A stretch of 64,000 nt of DNA. Origin: Monocercomonoides exilis PA203. Lineage: Eukaryota; Protista; Preaxostyla. A model generated the notes under the pieces. The model made no database searches and was not told the DNA's origin. It worked only from the letters and a program-made list of their open reading frames with translations. The stretch lies in assembly GCA_001643675.2 (NCBI GenBank), contig LSRY02000060.1, positions 372,001 through 436,000 on the forward strand, in the 5' to 3' direction. Made by a program: the position numbers and the translations under genes. This document shows positions 27,775 to 41,029 of this stretch, in pieces; positions within the stretch are counted from its first letter, which is position 1, and every line of letters starts with the position of its first letter.

Positions 27775-29200
27775 AGCCGACTGAGCGACATGTTCGTCTG
27801 AATGAGGGTGCCAGTTCTGGGAGTATTTGCAGGCCTGTTTCACAGGCAGTCGATTTGGTGCTGAATGCGGAGCATGTTTCATTTAGTGTCAGCAGCCGTT
27901 CATAGCAGCTTTTTGGGATGGGATGGTGAGGACGTTGGAGGCTGCACAGATGTGGGAGGGATAAGGAAAGAGACCGATTGCATTCACATCATCGCTTTCC
28001 TTTTTGTCAGCTGTTCAACCATCTTCATCATCTTCTTCTTTTGCTTCTGTCTGCAGCCTCTGGGCAATGAGGCATTTTTAAGGAATGGAGATGAAAAAGG
28101 CGAGCAACACAGGGCATTGGTGGAGCCAGAGATGGAAATGGCAGTTTGTGTTGCTTGGAGCAGAGAGCGAGAAGAATGAGAGAGAAGAGGAAGAAGCAGA
28201 GAAGGAAGCAGAGAGAAAAGAAGTGATGTACATTCCTGTCTACTCCTTTCCGATGAGGTTAGCCACCCGCTGTGCAGCATCTACCTTTCTCGTTAAGCAT
28301 TGAGCACTCAGCAAATCGAGTGAAGATGCACATTATCTCATATCCTCTTCCACACAGACGCCACACCGACTCCACAGTCACATCCATCGGGTGGTGTCTG
28401 AAGGGCATGGGCAGCTGCCATATACCCAGCGATGACAGCACAGCAGCTGCGGAGGCTGCGGCAGATTGTGCATGGTGCAGCTGTAAAGCGCTTTCCGCAG
28501 GAGCGACTGGCCAAGCATCTCCGGCACGATGTTCGCCTCCTCTGCCGCGTTATCTCTTGTCAGGATGGCCTCGCGCAGCTGATCATTGCCCTCGATCTTG
28601 CCGGGGGATGGAACATTGGGCTGTGTGCTGGCAGCACAGCCACTTTGTTTGATGTGTCTTGAAAGGGCGAAAGGACTTCAGGAGAAGACTGCTGCGATGG
28701 GAGAAGTCATTCATCAGAGAAGCGACGGAGCGGAGAAGCGATGGAACAGAGGAGTGGAGAGGACGAGTTGTGTGGAGGATGAGTGGGGAAAGAGGAGGGG
28801 AAGGAATTTTTTGGAAGTGGGTGAGAAAGATGAATGAAAGGTGCGGGGTGTTGTTTTCAGAGAATTTTGTGAGGTGGATGGAGGAGGAGAATAACAAAGT
28901 CAAGAAACTGAGAGCAGCCATCACTCTGGAATTGTGAGGGGAAAGGGGAGGGCGATGGAGAAGAAAAGGCAGAGGAATGAGCAGTGGATGGCCGGGTATG
29001 GTGATTTGGATGAAAGGATCAGGTTCAACATTTTGGAATGAGATTTTGTGAAGAGTTTTAAGTGAACTGTGGAAATGGGATGTTTTTGGAAATGTTCAAT
29101 ATCCTGTGAAATGTGATTGAATTGCCAAAAGAATTGTTTGTCACATCGTTTATTCGCCTTCTTCAATTTAAACTTCTTCATCTTCCTCGTCTTCCTCATC
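27775..29200 (-). repeat. Dispersed repeat, copy 2 (inverted relative to 2551-4030)
   Basis: Identical translated ORF 28921-29199 vs 2552-2830; homologous remainder. Confidence 0.9.
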
Positions 29201-29675
29201 GTCATTGTTTTCGTTTGTTCTGTCTCAGCAAACGAAATTATATGTAATTTTTATGCTTCTTGATCATTATCTTCTTTCTCTTCACCGAATCATTTTTATG
29301 GATTTTTGTTATTTGAGTCACTCGAGAGGAAGCAGTTACGAAAATTGGGCTTTATTTTATTATGGAGAGCAGAAGCGAAACAAATTTATTGACGTTGCGA
29401 TAATCAGCGAAGATGAAGAAAATTTGCTTTATTGGAAGAAAGAAACTATTTTCAAGAAAGAGAAGATGTGAAAGAAGAACTGTGAGAAAAAATATTGAAT
29501 AAAATAGTTTTTAATTATTCGTGATATCGTGTTATTCAGTATTTGTTGAGTAATTATTTATTAAATTCACAAATAGTTGCGATATGTTAATTTTCAGAAA
29601 ATAATTGAAATATTTGAATAACCATTATTCAAATTATCAAATTCGTCAATAACTTTTCAGATTTTTTCTGAAAAA

Positions 29676-32600
29676 ATGGAGCAAAGGAAATTCAGCAACC
29701 TATCATATTCTCGGAAGAGTGAAAAATGCTCTTTCATATGGAACGAATTGAACGAAAAATCTGGAAATGATGCTGTCAGTATGCTGCAATTCATGTTCAC
29801 TCACACAAACATTGGGAAAAAACTAAGTGCAAAGATTCAAGAAATATTTGCTGGTATACAACTCTATTTTCCTTTTTTAATTGTGAGAGTTACTTACATT
29901 TTTACTTTTATTTGGTAGAAAAAGCCAATTATACAATTCTTCGCTTGGCTTCTGCTTTCAACAGCGAAACCAATGTTCATACTAAAGTCACTTTGCTGAA
30001 ATGTGTCTGCCATGAGTACAGTCTTTCCCAATTGCAGGATTATGGATTTGAATGCACAAAAGGCAGTTACAATCACGCCAAGCAAAACAGTTCAAGCACT
30101 TCATTTGATATTACTCCACCAAGAAAGCCTCCTCAACCACCTTCGAAACGCAGTGTGTTTTTTATTTTTTGAATTTTGTTTTGATTTTCGTCTTATGATT
30201 AATGATTTTTTGTTCTTTTATTTTAAGAATTATGTTATGAGGACGAACAAGCGTTTTCTAACTTCATCAACGAAAATACCACAGAATCGTGTGAAAATAT
30301 TTATATATCAAAATGTGTACGTAAAGGTTTAATTCTATTTCTGTTTTGTTCATATATATTGATATTAAATTATTTTTAAATTATATTTGTTTCCTTTTTT
30401 TCTAATAAAATAATAGATTCAACAACAATTATTGATGATAATTTTTCCATTATTAACGGTGAGGAAGGAATGGAAATTGACGTTGACCCACTTGAAAATT
30501 ACTTTCAGGAAAGTCATGTGTCAGATTTTTCAACAATTGATTTTCAAAATGATGACGGCATGGATATCACTACCGAAACTCATGAAGTTTCTTCTATAAA
30601 CTCTGCAATGGATATAGAAGAACCAGAGTTAATCTCTGTATCAGGATTATCCCATCAAAACCAGGAAGATGAAAGCGTTATGAATTTCACAAATCAACAA
30701 ACCATTCTTCCGGAATCCAACGATGAATCCTTGTTCATAGTGATCGAAGACGATTCAGAAGAAAATACGGAAGGTTTACAAGAAGATTCATATATATATG
30801 AGAGAGTGTTGAATCAATCTTCTTCTTTTAAACAAACAATGAATAAAAAGAACTGCGATTATACTATCCCTCAATTTTATCCTTTACCCAATAAAGGAAA
30901 TTCATGTTTCTTTGCTGCAACAATTCAGCTGTTTCGTTCAATTTTTTTCCACTCCGATAAATGCAAAATGCGGAAAGGTCGTTTGTCAATTATACAGAAT
31001 AGTTTATCTTTCTTGGTGAATCCTCAGCACACAAAACCAAAGAATAATCAATCTAATCACACATCGAAATGGACTGCGAATTTTGTCAAAAAATGGGAAA
31101 GTTTGCATAATCTTCGAACTGGTATTCAGCACGAGTTCTATGAAACATTTCTGAGCCTTTTTGATGATATATCATCAATTTATCCTTCATTTCGAAGTCA
31201 AATGGAACAGAAATTATGTTTTCCTCGGATATGCATCGATTGTTTTCATCGGAATGATGGTGTTGTCGAAACAACTCCTATACTGAGGCTGAATGGTAAT
31301 GATCTATTGAAGTCTTTCAACGAATCGTTTGAAATAAGTGAGGATAATATAAATAATAGAGATGCATTCTGCGAGTGTTGTTCAAAAAACACTCATCAAT
31401 TGACAACTTTATCAATCAGTCAATTTCCTCGTATTTTATCAATTTCATTTGAAACACTATCTGATTCAATTACATGTCCAACGAATGTGTACACAGTTTT
31501 ATCATTTCAAAATATCAATGGAAAAACAGTTGCATCCTCAAATTATGACTCAAATGCAATTAATTATAATTTGATTGCAGTGTTATTTCATAAAGGAGAA
31601 AAAGAAAATGGTCATTTTTATTCTATCTGCCATTCAGGAAGCTATGAAGAGTCATCAACATTTCAAAACAACAGTTGGTTCTTGTGCAATGATGAAATGA
31701 TTTCTATTATCAACAAGAATGTGGAAGATGAAATCAAAAGTCATTTGAAAAAAGACTCTCGGCCTGTGATGTGGATATACGTTCAAGTGAAAATAAAAGA
31801 AAATACTCACATTACTGAAATTCTATCTCCACCATTGATTCCATCTTTTCAAAAGAAGAATCCACATCAAGTTTTACACATAAACAATGAACCTTTTCAA
31901 TATGGAACTTTATCAAATTCACATCAACATGTTAATGCAGCTGCAAAACAACCATTTTCAAACGCAAATATCAATGAAACCCATGGAGAAAAAATATCAT
32001 TAGGAAATGATTCCAGTCACTCTTCTTCTTTTTCTCACTTCACTGATTCTGAGTCAAATCAATATCAATGTGCAAAGAATTGCTCTTCAATGCAAAAAGA
32101 AAAAGAAAACTGCCAGGAAACAAATAATTCATCTTATTCAACATCTCATTTTTCATCTTCACTTCACTTTCCACTTCACAATCAATTATGCTGCGAAGAA
32201 TACTTGAACAACAATCACATCATTTCTTCTCCAAACACTTCATTCAATCAATTTGACTTTCCATCCTCATCAAATTCTTCAATCAACATATCAAATTCAT
32301 TTCATTCTAATATCAGTGATTTCAATTTGAACTCTCTCTCACTTCTTCCACATCAACCTTGTGTTTTCACTACAAATAAAATTGCAGAAAAAAATATGAA
32401 AGATGTTCAGAATGACAAATCGATATCTCATAGCATTTTTGAGGTTTCAATCTCTCCAGAACCTGGAACAACATGTTCAAGCAATCAACAAGTTTTTATT
32501 GAAAACATTTCATCTTTCTCATCCAACCTTCCAGATCAGAATACTCAAACGACAATCAACTCATCAAAAAATTCATCTTCGAATTCAACGAATGAACAAA

Positions 32601-34013
32601 ACGGCAATTCGCACTCTTTGCTTCCACAATCAACTGTTTCAACAAATACTTCCTCAACAATGATGAATTCAATATCAATGTCTTCTGATGACATCATTCA
32701 CAGATTCGACTCCCTAAACAACAACACTTCACAACATCAAAAAACAACAAAAACGAATCCAATTCGACTCATTAACACTTCTAAATTACAGTTGTTCCAA
32801 AAAATGAAAGAAACAACAAATATAAAAATGTCTCGAAGCACGTTTTACAAAAGAACTTCCCACCTGAAGCGAGCGGCTCGGAGGACGGACTTGTGCAATC
32901 TTTGCGAAAAATACAATCATATGAAAAAGAAAGAAGAATTCTTGAGAACGAAATCCGAACAGCTTTCAGAAAAAGACAAAGAAATATTGAAGGGAATAGA
33001 GGATCACAGAAAACTTGCAACGAACCAACAACGTTATTATCGTCAAATGAAGGAAAATCTATCAATTGATGATGCACTCGTGCTTTTCGATTTCAAAGAA
33101 AATTGGTCCCTTCCTCTCAGGAGAAACCAGATCAGCAAGGACTATTACGACAAGTATGAGGTGTCTCATCTCTGCATAATTGTCTATACAGTGGACGAAA
33201 ACAAAAACAAGATGAAGCATATTTTCAACTTCTTTTCAAGCATTCTCTCACATGACTATCGTTTCGTTATTGAATGCTTGAACCAAGTGCTTAATAAACC
33301 GATGCTATCACAAAAGAAAAACTTGCATTTTGTTTGTGACACAGGACCACACTTTAGGAATTCACAAGTTATGCATTTTCTTCTGTCTGATAATTCAGCA
33401 GTGGTTCATGGAAAGTCTTCGACATTATCATTTTTCTGTGAAAAACACGGAAAATGTGAATGTGACGGAGAATTTGGATGCCTTGCAAACATAATGAACA
33501 TTCATCTGGATAGTGAAACTGTTATCCAAAACATCGATGATCTCATCAAGTTTTTTGAAGAACATCCTCATGATAGTGTGATTCAGGAAAAATCAATGTC
33601 AAACAATTCTCACAAAATCATTCGTCATTTTCTTAAGTTTGTTATTTCTTGCGGTTAATATTGTTTCTTATTAATAATGACAATTAATTTCAAAACTCTT
33701 ATTGCTTATTCTTTATAGATATAATCCAACAAATAAAATTTTGTGGAAAAAATTGGAAATCAATTCGATAAAGACATTTCTGTTCTACGAGAAAAGAGGG
33801 AATCAAATATATAGATCAGTTGCTTCGCCAGATAACTGTGAAGGATCTTTTTTGGTGAATTTCAAGGAAAAAAGAGTGAGAGATGAGAGAGTTAAAAAAA
33901 TATTTCAAAAGAGTTCAACCAATTCAGCAGAAGAGAGAATAGGAAATTACACCGAGAAATTATTGAAAGATAGAAGATTATTTGATATTAATCATTTCTT
34001 TGATAAACCTTGA
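29676..34013 (+). CDS. USP (peptidase C19) deubiquitinase fused to Sola-type DDD transposase; exons 29676-29853, 29919-30152, 30228-30326, 30417-33636, 33719-34013 (~1341 aa)
   Basis: Four GT-AG introns join the ORFs in frame (4026 nt). USP: Cys box LPNKGNSCFFAATIQ, QHEF, two CxxC, His box YNLIAVLFHKG...GHFYSIC...WFLCND. Transposase: SRSTFYK, TDLCNLC, DFKENW, SHD, CDTGPHFRN, FFCEKHGKCECDGEFG. Confidence 0.85.
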
Positions 34014-34162
34014 GTTTCTGTTTTGTTGTTTCTATTCCTTAAGTAATTCGAAAAAGAGAAGAGTTTTTTTGTGGTCTGTTGCTCAAGCTTTGTGCTTTTG
34101 TTTTGAACAAATGCTACGAAGTACCTCACATTTTTTTCATTTGAATGGAAAAAATTGGGGCT

Positions 34163-34239
34163 AGGCTGATTCCGTCCTGAAACTGTGCTGTGACCGGTCC
34201 AGCACAGTTTCTTGCAGGATTTGGGTCCAGAATCAGCCT
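34163..34239. other. GC-rich long hairpin downstream of the USP-transposase gene
   Basis: Nested stems AGGCTGATTC/GAATCAGCCT, TCCTG/CAGGA, GAAACTGTGCTG/CAGCACAGTTTC with a GACCGGTC palindromic apex. Confidence 0.8.
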
Positions 34240-34699
34240 CCCAGGACAGACCCTTCACATTCTTCTTTCCTATTTTGAATTACTTTAGAAATTTGTATTT
34301 TGTGTGTTTTTTTATTCAAATATGTCGACATATTTGTTTTTATGATCCAAGATAATTATTTATATTCATGTTTAAGATATTGAAAAAGGTTTCATTGTCT
34401 TATTGAGTTTTAATATTAAAAAATTGGATATATTTTATACTCATTGCATGAAGAGACACTTTGATTTGTTGCTCAGTTTGTGAAATCTCAAAAATTCATG
34501 TTTTTAAAACATGATAAGGCAGGGGGATGGATGTGAAATGATTTTCAACAATTACAAAATAGCTCATATTTGAATTGTTGAAAATCTTATTCAAGAATAA
34601 TTCTAAATATATTCAAGATGAAATCAATATTCGTTGTGCTTCTTTGTCAAAGTGCAGATTGCATATTAATAATTCTTTCAGGGATTCAGAGCTTTATCA

Positions 34700-36200
34700 G
34701 TGAATGAAGTTGCGATAGGGGGATGCACTTCAGACATGTATCTGGACGAAGAAGAGCTGCTGAAGAGAACTGTGAAGGACCAGTACGAGACAGTGTTTAT
34801 ATCTTTTGCCTGGGACAATCACGAGGACAGCAAGCAGTGCGGAGGTTTAGACGGGCCGTGCAGCACGCTGAGTGAAGGACTGCTGCACATCATTCCGTCG
34901 TTGTTCTCCCAGCAGCTGATCTCCAGCCGCACCGCCATCTTGAGCAGATGCTATGTACTGAATGTCACCATCCACTCGCTTGAATCGCCTTCTCCAGCGC
35001 ATGTGTTCCTCAACTCAGCAATCCCACATAGCAGCAGCATTATTGCAACCTCGGAGAAAGTTCGGATCGAGAGCTTGTCGTTCTCTGTTGGCTCCTCCTT
35101 TTCGTTTTCAGGAGGAGCACTCATCAGCGAGACAAATGGGCAGCTTTATCTTTCGTCAGTCCTTTTTGCATCTGGCATGCTTTCAAATAGCATCCACCAC
35201 ATGGCCCTCAACTCGTCGCTGCTCAGAGTTGCAAGTGGGCTTCTGTTCATCGATAATTGCACCGTGTCTGAAATTTCATTTGAACAACCATTGTTCCTTC
35301 TGATTCGCAGCAACAATGTGTCTCTGGCAAGTCTGAATCGAAAGCATATTGAGCTGTCATCCAATCTATTTGAAGTTGGAGAGTGCAAGAGTGTGGTGAT
35401 TGATGACGTGGTTGTGGATGGAGTGAAGTCTCGCAATGGCAGTGTCAATTCCATTTGCGAAGATATGCCGGGAGTTGTTTCCTTTTGCAGTTCTTCCATC
35501 AGAAACTTCAGTTGTAACTCTTTTAGTGCGTGTGCCCTTTCCGCATCTTTTCCTTCTGCCAGGATAAACCTGTCAAACTGCTCGTGCTCAAATTGTGTGC
35601 CGTTGTGGAAAAGGTGATCATCGTGGATGTCAGCAGTGCACTTGACATTTCGATGCGCATGTGCGAGTTTGTGGGGAGGCAAGTAATTTCCAGCAGTGAA
35701 GAGAGTGTCTGCAAATGGAATGGATCGCTCATCAATTTGTCGCATTTGGCAGCATTGATGAAGGACGCTACAATATCGAATTCGTCATCAGGCGGATTGT
35801 CGTTGGCATCAGGCAACATGACAATCGAGAAAGGCGAGTTTTATGATAACAGCCCCTCGATGCCGAAATAACTGTCACTCCGCCGGAACATCTTCTGCTG
35901 CGATTCGGCTTCGTTGGCAATTGGCAGCTTGAAAGGCGAGGATGGCGTGAAGGACAGCACTTCGTTGTGGATCATGAGCGAAGATTGCAGTACTGAGGGC
36001 TCTGCACAGGAATGACCTTCTCCGTTTTTCATTCCTCATCTGGAATCAGCATGTCTGGCTGAATCTGGGAGAGTGGCCAAATAAAAATTTAAGGAATCAT
36101 TTATCTTAGAATGCGATCAATCTTTCAAATTGATATGAACAACAAAAGATGAACAGTGAATCGAGTGGTAGCCATTTGATGATAATAGCTATTTTTTCTG
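34700..36200 (+). pseudogene. Beta-helix family gene fragment (cargo), frameshifted
   Basis: 305-aa and 113-aa ORFs; CKWNGSL...MKDATISNSSSGG matches CKWDESL...MKDTAISNSPEGG at ~44360-44450. Confidence 0.75.
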
Positions 36201-37940
36201 AAGCCGAAATTGCAGGAGCTGTATCATATTTATTTATTGCATTTCTTTTTGGATTTTCATTCCCACTAAATAATCAACCAAATAATTGAATGAATTGTCA
36301 CAGATTGTCATGATTTGACAGAATTTTTCGAACTTTTCGGCAAGCATTAAAATTATTAATATTTTCAGTCATTATTTCTCACATTTGTTTTCAGTTTCGA
36401 AATTCTTCAAAAAAGAAAATTGATGTACCATATTAATCATTCTTTTTTTTTGAAATAACAATCTGTTTCAAAAAAAGAAATGAATAAATATCTTTGAAGT
36501 GTTCATAATTAAATAGATAGGAAAAAAGTCATTCATCTCAAAAACTTCTTTCAATAAGATGCTATTTGCTCTGTGAAAGTTTCTGCATGTCAAAAAAATT
36601 CATTTATCAAAAGAAAAGAAGATATCATAGATTTGTGTCATTTTCATTTTATTTGGCTTTTATTATCAATATATATTATCTAAAATATATCAAATTAAAA
36701 AACATGATTGAATTTAATACCTTTTACACATTTTTAAAAACACAATGACATTATCAAAGCATGCACAGAATTAAATTATGGTGTCGATGATCTTGTTGAT
36801 TTATTGAACAATGAAATCACAGGTTTGGAGATTTTTTAAAATAAAATAATAATCGAGATATAAATATGACAGTTTTTATGGATTCAAAAATTAAGTTTTG
36901 AAAGATATTTTTGAATTAATTTATCACCCCGAAAAAAAGTATGTTTTCGAAAAGAATCACCCATATAATATTTATTATATTTATTAATAACTCTTTTCCA
37001 AACTGGTACAAAATGTACCTATGACCACCTTCGCTATCTTTTTCTTTGTCCCAACTCTTCATTGGATTCTATGTGCTTCTGCCATTAACAACCATCTATG
37101 TTTCTTTTTTGTGATCATATCTGAAAGATCTGATTCCGACTCCGATTCACTTGATCTCGACCAAGATCTTCACCTTTATCTTTCTCTCTTTTCCTTTCTC
37201 ATTTATATTTTCTTCGTATCAACTGACTGTTTTGACCATGTTCAACTTCTTGAAAGTTCTTCTATCATCTTTTCTACTCTCATATGTCAATGTGCAAGAT
37301 CAGATTCCTTCTCTTCGCTATTAATTCGTTCGATTCTTCAACTTTCTTGATCCATTTCAACAACGTACGATAAGATTGAAAACAAATTTGAAAATTTACT
37401 ATGTGTGATCTTTAACCACCCAAAAATGGATCCAATTCTCATTATCGAAGAGCAAATCTGCTCCTCTTGTTTGCGTATTAGCTCTATTGAGAATTGAGAT
37501 GGTTGGAGAAACGAATGAAATAATGAACATAAAAACACACACAATTATATAAGTAATTTCTATGAATGGCGAATGTATCTGAGGATGGAAATGATCTGTT
37601 TGTCAAATTGTCAAACTTGACAAAGAGCGTCACAAATATTTATCTTCCATTTGTGTCTGGACATCAGGAAAAATTTCATTAAATTTATTGAGCGGCTTTG
37701 CTGGGAATGATAAAGAAAATGCAATTCCACTTGTTTATTTCTGGTAACCATTTGGTTTGGAAACATCAATATGAAGGGAAGAAAGAGAAACTTAAACTTA
37801 ATTCTCTCATTATCCTTGCTTGTCAATTGAACATTCATTGGATCAATTGACCTAAGGAAATGAAAAAAACTAAAACATCATTTGAAAAGGAATTCTCAAA
37901 AAAAGTGTTGATCTTGGTTGAATTTTGATTAGCTCAAATA

Positions 37941-39950
37941 GGGTTATTATTTCATCCTAACACTTTTTTTTATTCTGACTTTAAAAAATAAAGTGTAAAA
38001 ATTCAAAAAAAACACAGTTATAAGAAAACAAAATCAGAATTAATTCTTCTGATAACTTTCCTTTTTCCTTCAGCTCGGTTTTATGCATGATCTTTCTTTT
38101 CATAATTTGAATCATCGTTTTCACCGTAAAGAATTTTTCTTTCTATTTTTTTCTTATTATCCACAACAGTCTTCACTTCATCTTTCCACTTTTCATCCAT
38201 TTCATTTTTCCTTTCAGTATTCATTTTCAAATGATTTTCCCATTTCTCTGAAATATTTTCGTTGGTGATAACAGTTCCATAAAAGTTGAATCCATTTCTG
38301 CGAGTTGGAAGAGTATTAATCGAAGATTCAGGCAGTTTCAAAAGAACTGGCCCAGAAGAATTGTGTAGCACACCACTTCAAACGAAAGCTTTCTGAATTA
38401 CAGTAGGAGATAATGCAGTGTGGATGGCTTGAGGCAGAACGTCGGAAATAGTTGCTTGTTTTGAAAAAAAAAGAAGAAGATGGAACTTCATATCAATTTG
38501 ATAACTCAGACTGGAAACAGCAAGCGCTCCTTTGTCAAGCTGTTGATAGAGGAGTGTACTGAGTGGCACGAAGGTTTAAACGTCGATTTGTTGTTTTTGG
38601 AATTCTCACCAGATCGATGGATCTGCGTAAGATGCATGCGAATCAAGAAGGAGAAGAATGTGTTCGTTTTGAAGTGACATGCACTTTCTTCTTTCGATGA
38701 TGGAAGGTAGAAGAACGGTGAGAGCATACCTTTTAAAGCACTCGTAATCCATCCAGCCGCTTCCATTTGCCCATATCGCAAGCGTTGGAGATAACAGGCT
38801 TTTCAGCTCATCTGGCAGGTTGAAACTTGGCCACAAAATGACAGAAGGAAAGGCATATCCGTCCGATACAACAGTTGCCACGAATGTTGAATTAATCATT
38901 CTCGGTGGTTCTTGTGTGAAACCTGCTTTTGTGTCTGTTGTATGCACTACAAGCTGTTTTGGGACTGTGGGAACGCGCGTTAAAGATTCATCGATGTTTA
39001 TAATTAAAGCTGGGTTGTAATGGTATTTTTCGTGCAGCTCGTCGAGTGTTTTGAACCAGGGTTTTAAAACACTTCTGCACGAAACAGCCAGTCTGTTAAT
39101 GTCCAGATTCTTCGGCGTTCCAGTCTTCAGCTCCGGATGACGCTTGACAAAGCCGTAAGTTGCAGTCATTGAAATTTCTGAAAATGGTGAGTCTTCATCG
39201 TTGTCGTTTATAACATTTTCAATCTGAAAAACAAATGATTAAAACATATAAATAAAAATTAAACAAACCAATTCTCTTGTTTTTTCAAAGTTAAACATAT
39301 TCCAGACTTTGCTTCAATATGAATAATGTTTAAAACTCTTTGTTCCTTTTCGCCCAATACTGCTGCAGGTCTGCCAACTTTTCCAACTAGCCTTCCTTTT
39401 CTCAGTGCTAGAACTGCATTCTTAATCCCTGTGCGGCTGAATTCCTTGGAAGTGATAGCATCCGTAATGCGAACTACTCAATCAACAACGATATGAGCCA
39501 TTCGATCCAGCCGACTGTGATAATTCCTGAACTTGTTCGAAGACATTGCCCACTGCAGTTTTTTCTTACCTTCTTTTAATTTTATTTATGTTGATATTTT
39601 CATTTTTTAATGATATTTTTTTTGTCATAATTATTTTTTGTTTTTTAAAATTTAAATGAAATAAAAAAAATTGAAAAAAATAACATTTTAAACAAACCAT
39701 AGGTTTTATGCCCCATGTCACACTCCACTTCCACACAGAAGTTCAATGAAGGGGCTTAACACTCCTATCTCCCCCTTTTGCGAAATTGGGTTTGTATCAA
39801 AATGTATTTATTTATTTCTATGAAATTCATATATATACCAAAATTTTTTTTGAAGAATGAAATTGTGGGAAAAGTCAATGAATAATTAAAAAATAAAAAG
39901 GTCTTGATAAAAAAAAGATCAAGAAAAAATTGTAACACTAAATGAAATTT
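37941..39950 (-). mobile_element. Decayed pogo/Tigger-like (DDE_1) transposon, second family member; right end approximate
   Basis: TA|GGGTTATTATTT terminus; ORF 38606-39169 with FVKRHPEL, INIDE, GWMD, LLLLDSHAS. Confidence 0.8.
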
Positions 39951-41029
39951 CCAAAGGAAAATAGAGCATAGGTTCAAACGCGTTCCTTTTGCAATTTGCG
40001 CCTTTGAACCCTCAAATTGTAACGAATTAATAGATAATAATTATTTAAAAACTTTTTATGGACCGATTTTTCGAAAAAAAATTTATTTGTTGAAAAAAAT
40101 GATTTTTGAAAAATGACCCATAAAAACATGAATTTCATTGAAAAATATTCAAATAAAAAAGAAAATGTGATTTTTGGACATCCAATGTGCTTTTATTTTA
40201 ATTTAAATTAATTTTATTAATTAATTTTCATCATAAAAAATATAAATCATTTATAAAAAATTTTATTAAATATCTTTGATCTAACCCACAATAAAATATT
40301 TGATATTTGGTAAACTTTATTATACCGTTTTGGTTAAAATAGAGCATAAAAGTGTGTAATTCGTTCACTTTTATATGTTAATATAAGTATATTATTATAT
40401 GCGAACTTGTATAATATTGAAAACAGATTTTATTCACAGTTACATTAAAGTGTGCTTTTTGACTTTTATTTTCATTAGCGTGCAGATGTTAATTTCAAAA
40501 TTGGTTTTAATGGAACGCAAAAGGTATTATATGATTCATTCTATCAAATAAATGTTCATATTGTTTTTTTCTTTCAAATAGTATCTTTTCCTTTGATATG
40601 TTAATGTATTTTTATATGTCTAAATTTTAATGAAAAGTTCCTTTTGTTAAATTTTCAAATAAAGAAAAATTTTCATATTTCGATCAAATTTCTGTTCCTG
40701 CTCACCAAATTTCACTGTCATGAAAACAAAATCTTGACAATGTTAAAATTAACATACTGGTGAAAGTAGGTGAGTTGGAATAAAATTTAAATGAAAATAT
40801 AAAATTTTTGTTTTATTTGAAAATTAAACAAACGGAACTTTTCAAAAAAATTAAGCCATATTAGACTCGATCAAAACATGTATTAATGAATAAATCTTGT
40901 AAAAATAAACAATAATCACACAAAACAATTCAATATTGTATTATAAAAACAATGAACAAATAAAAGTTTGTCATTTTTATGTTATTTTAAAAAATAAAAC
41001 GAAAAAATAAATTGATTTGACTTTTTTGT

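Larger units (their letters stand above)
22472..36962. mobile_element. 14.5-kb cargo-carrying DNA transposon, Sola-like, 4-bp ATAT TSD
   Basis: ATAT(22468-22471)|GGGTGATT...AATCACCC|ATAT(36963-36966); ~29-bp TIR with 4 mismatches. The uninterrupted target has a single ATAT (19159-19162). Contains a Sola-type transposase gene. Confidence 0.85.
19106..37019. mobile_element. Non-autonomous TIR element with ~179-bp TIRs and TA flanks; right TIR split by the 14.5-kb insertion
   Basis: 19106-19284 is the reverse complement (1 mismatch seen) of 22346-22471 joined to 36967-37019; ends read CATA|GGTAC...GTACC|TATG. Confidence 0.75.

Noticed and set aside
616-36962. A single 36-kb element bounded by the well-matching termini at 616 and 36962
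   Set aside because: The empty-site reconstruction pairs 36962 with 22472, so 616 is better read as the same end type of another copy.
19092-37033. CACCTTCG on both sides of the 19106-37019 element as a possible 8-bp TSD
   Set aside because: The copies do not abut the termini symmetrically; TA duplication at CATATG fits better.
39958-40349. 13-bp direct repeat AAAATAGAGCATA as a possible TSD
   Set aside because: No inverted termini inside the interval; AT-rich context makes chance or a local duplication plausible.
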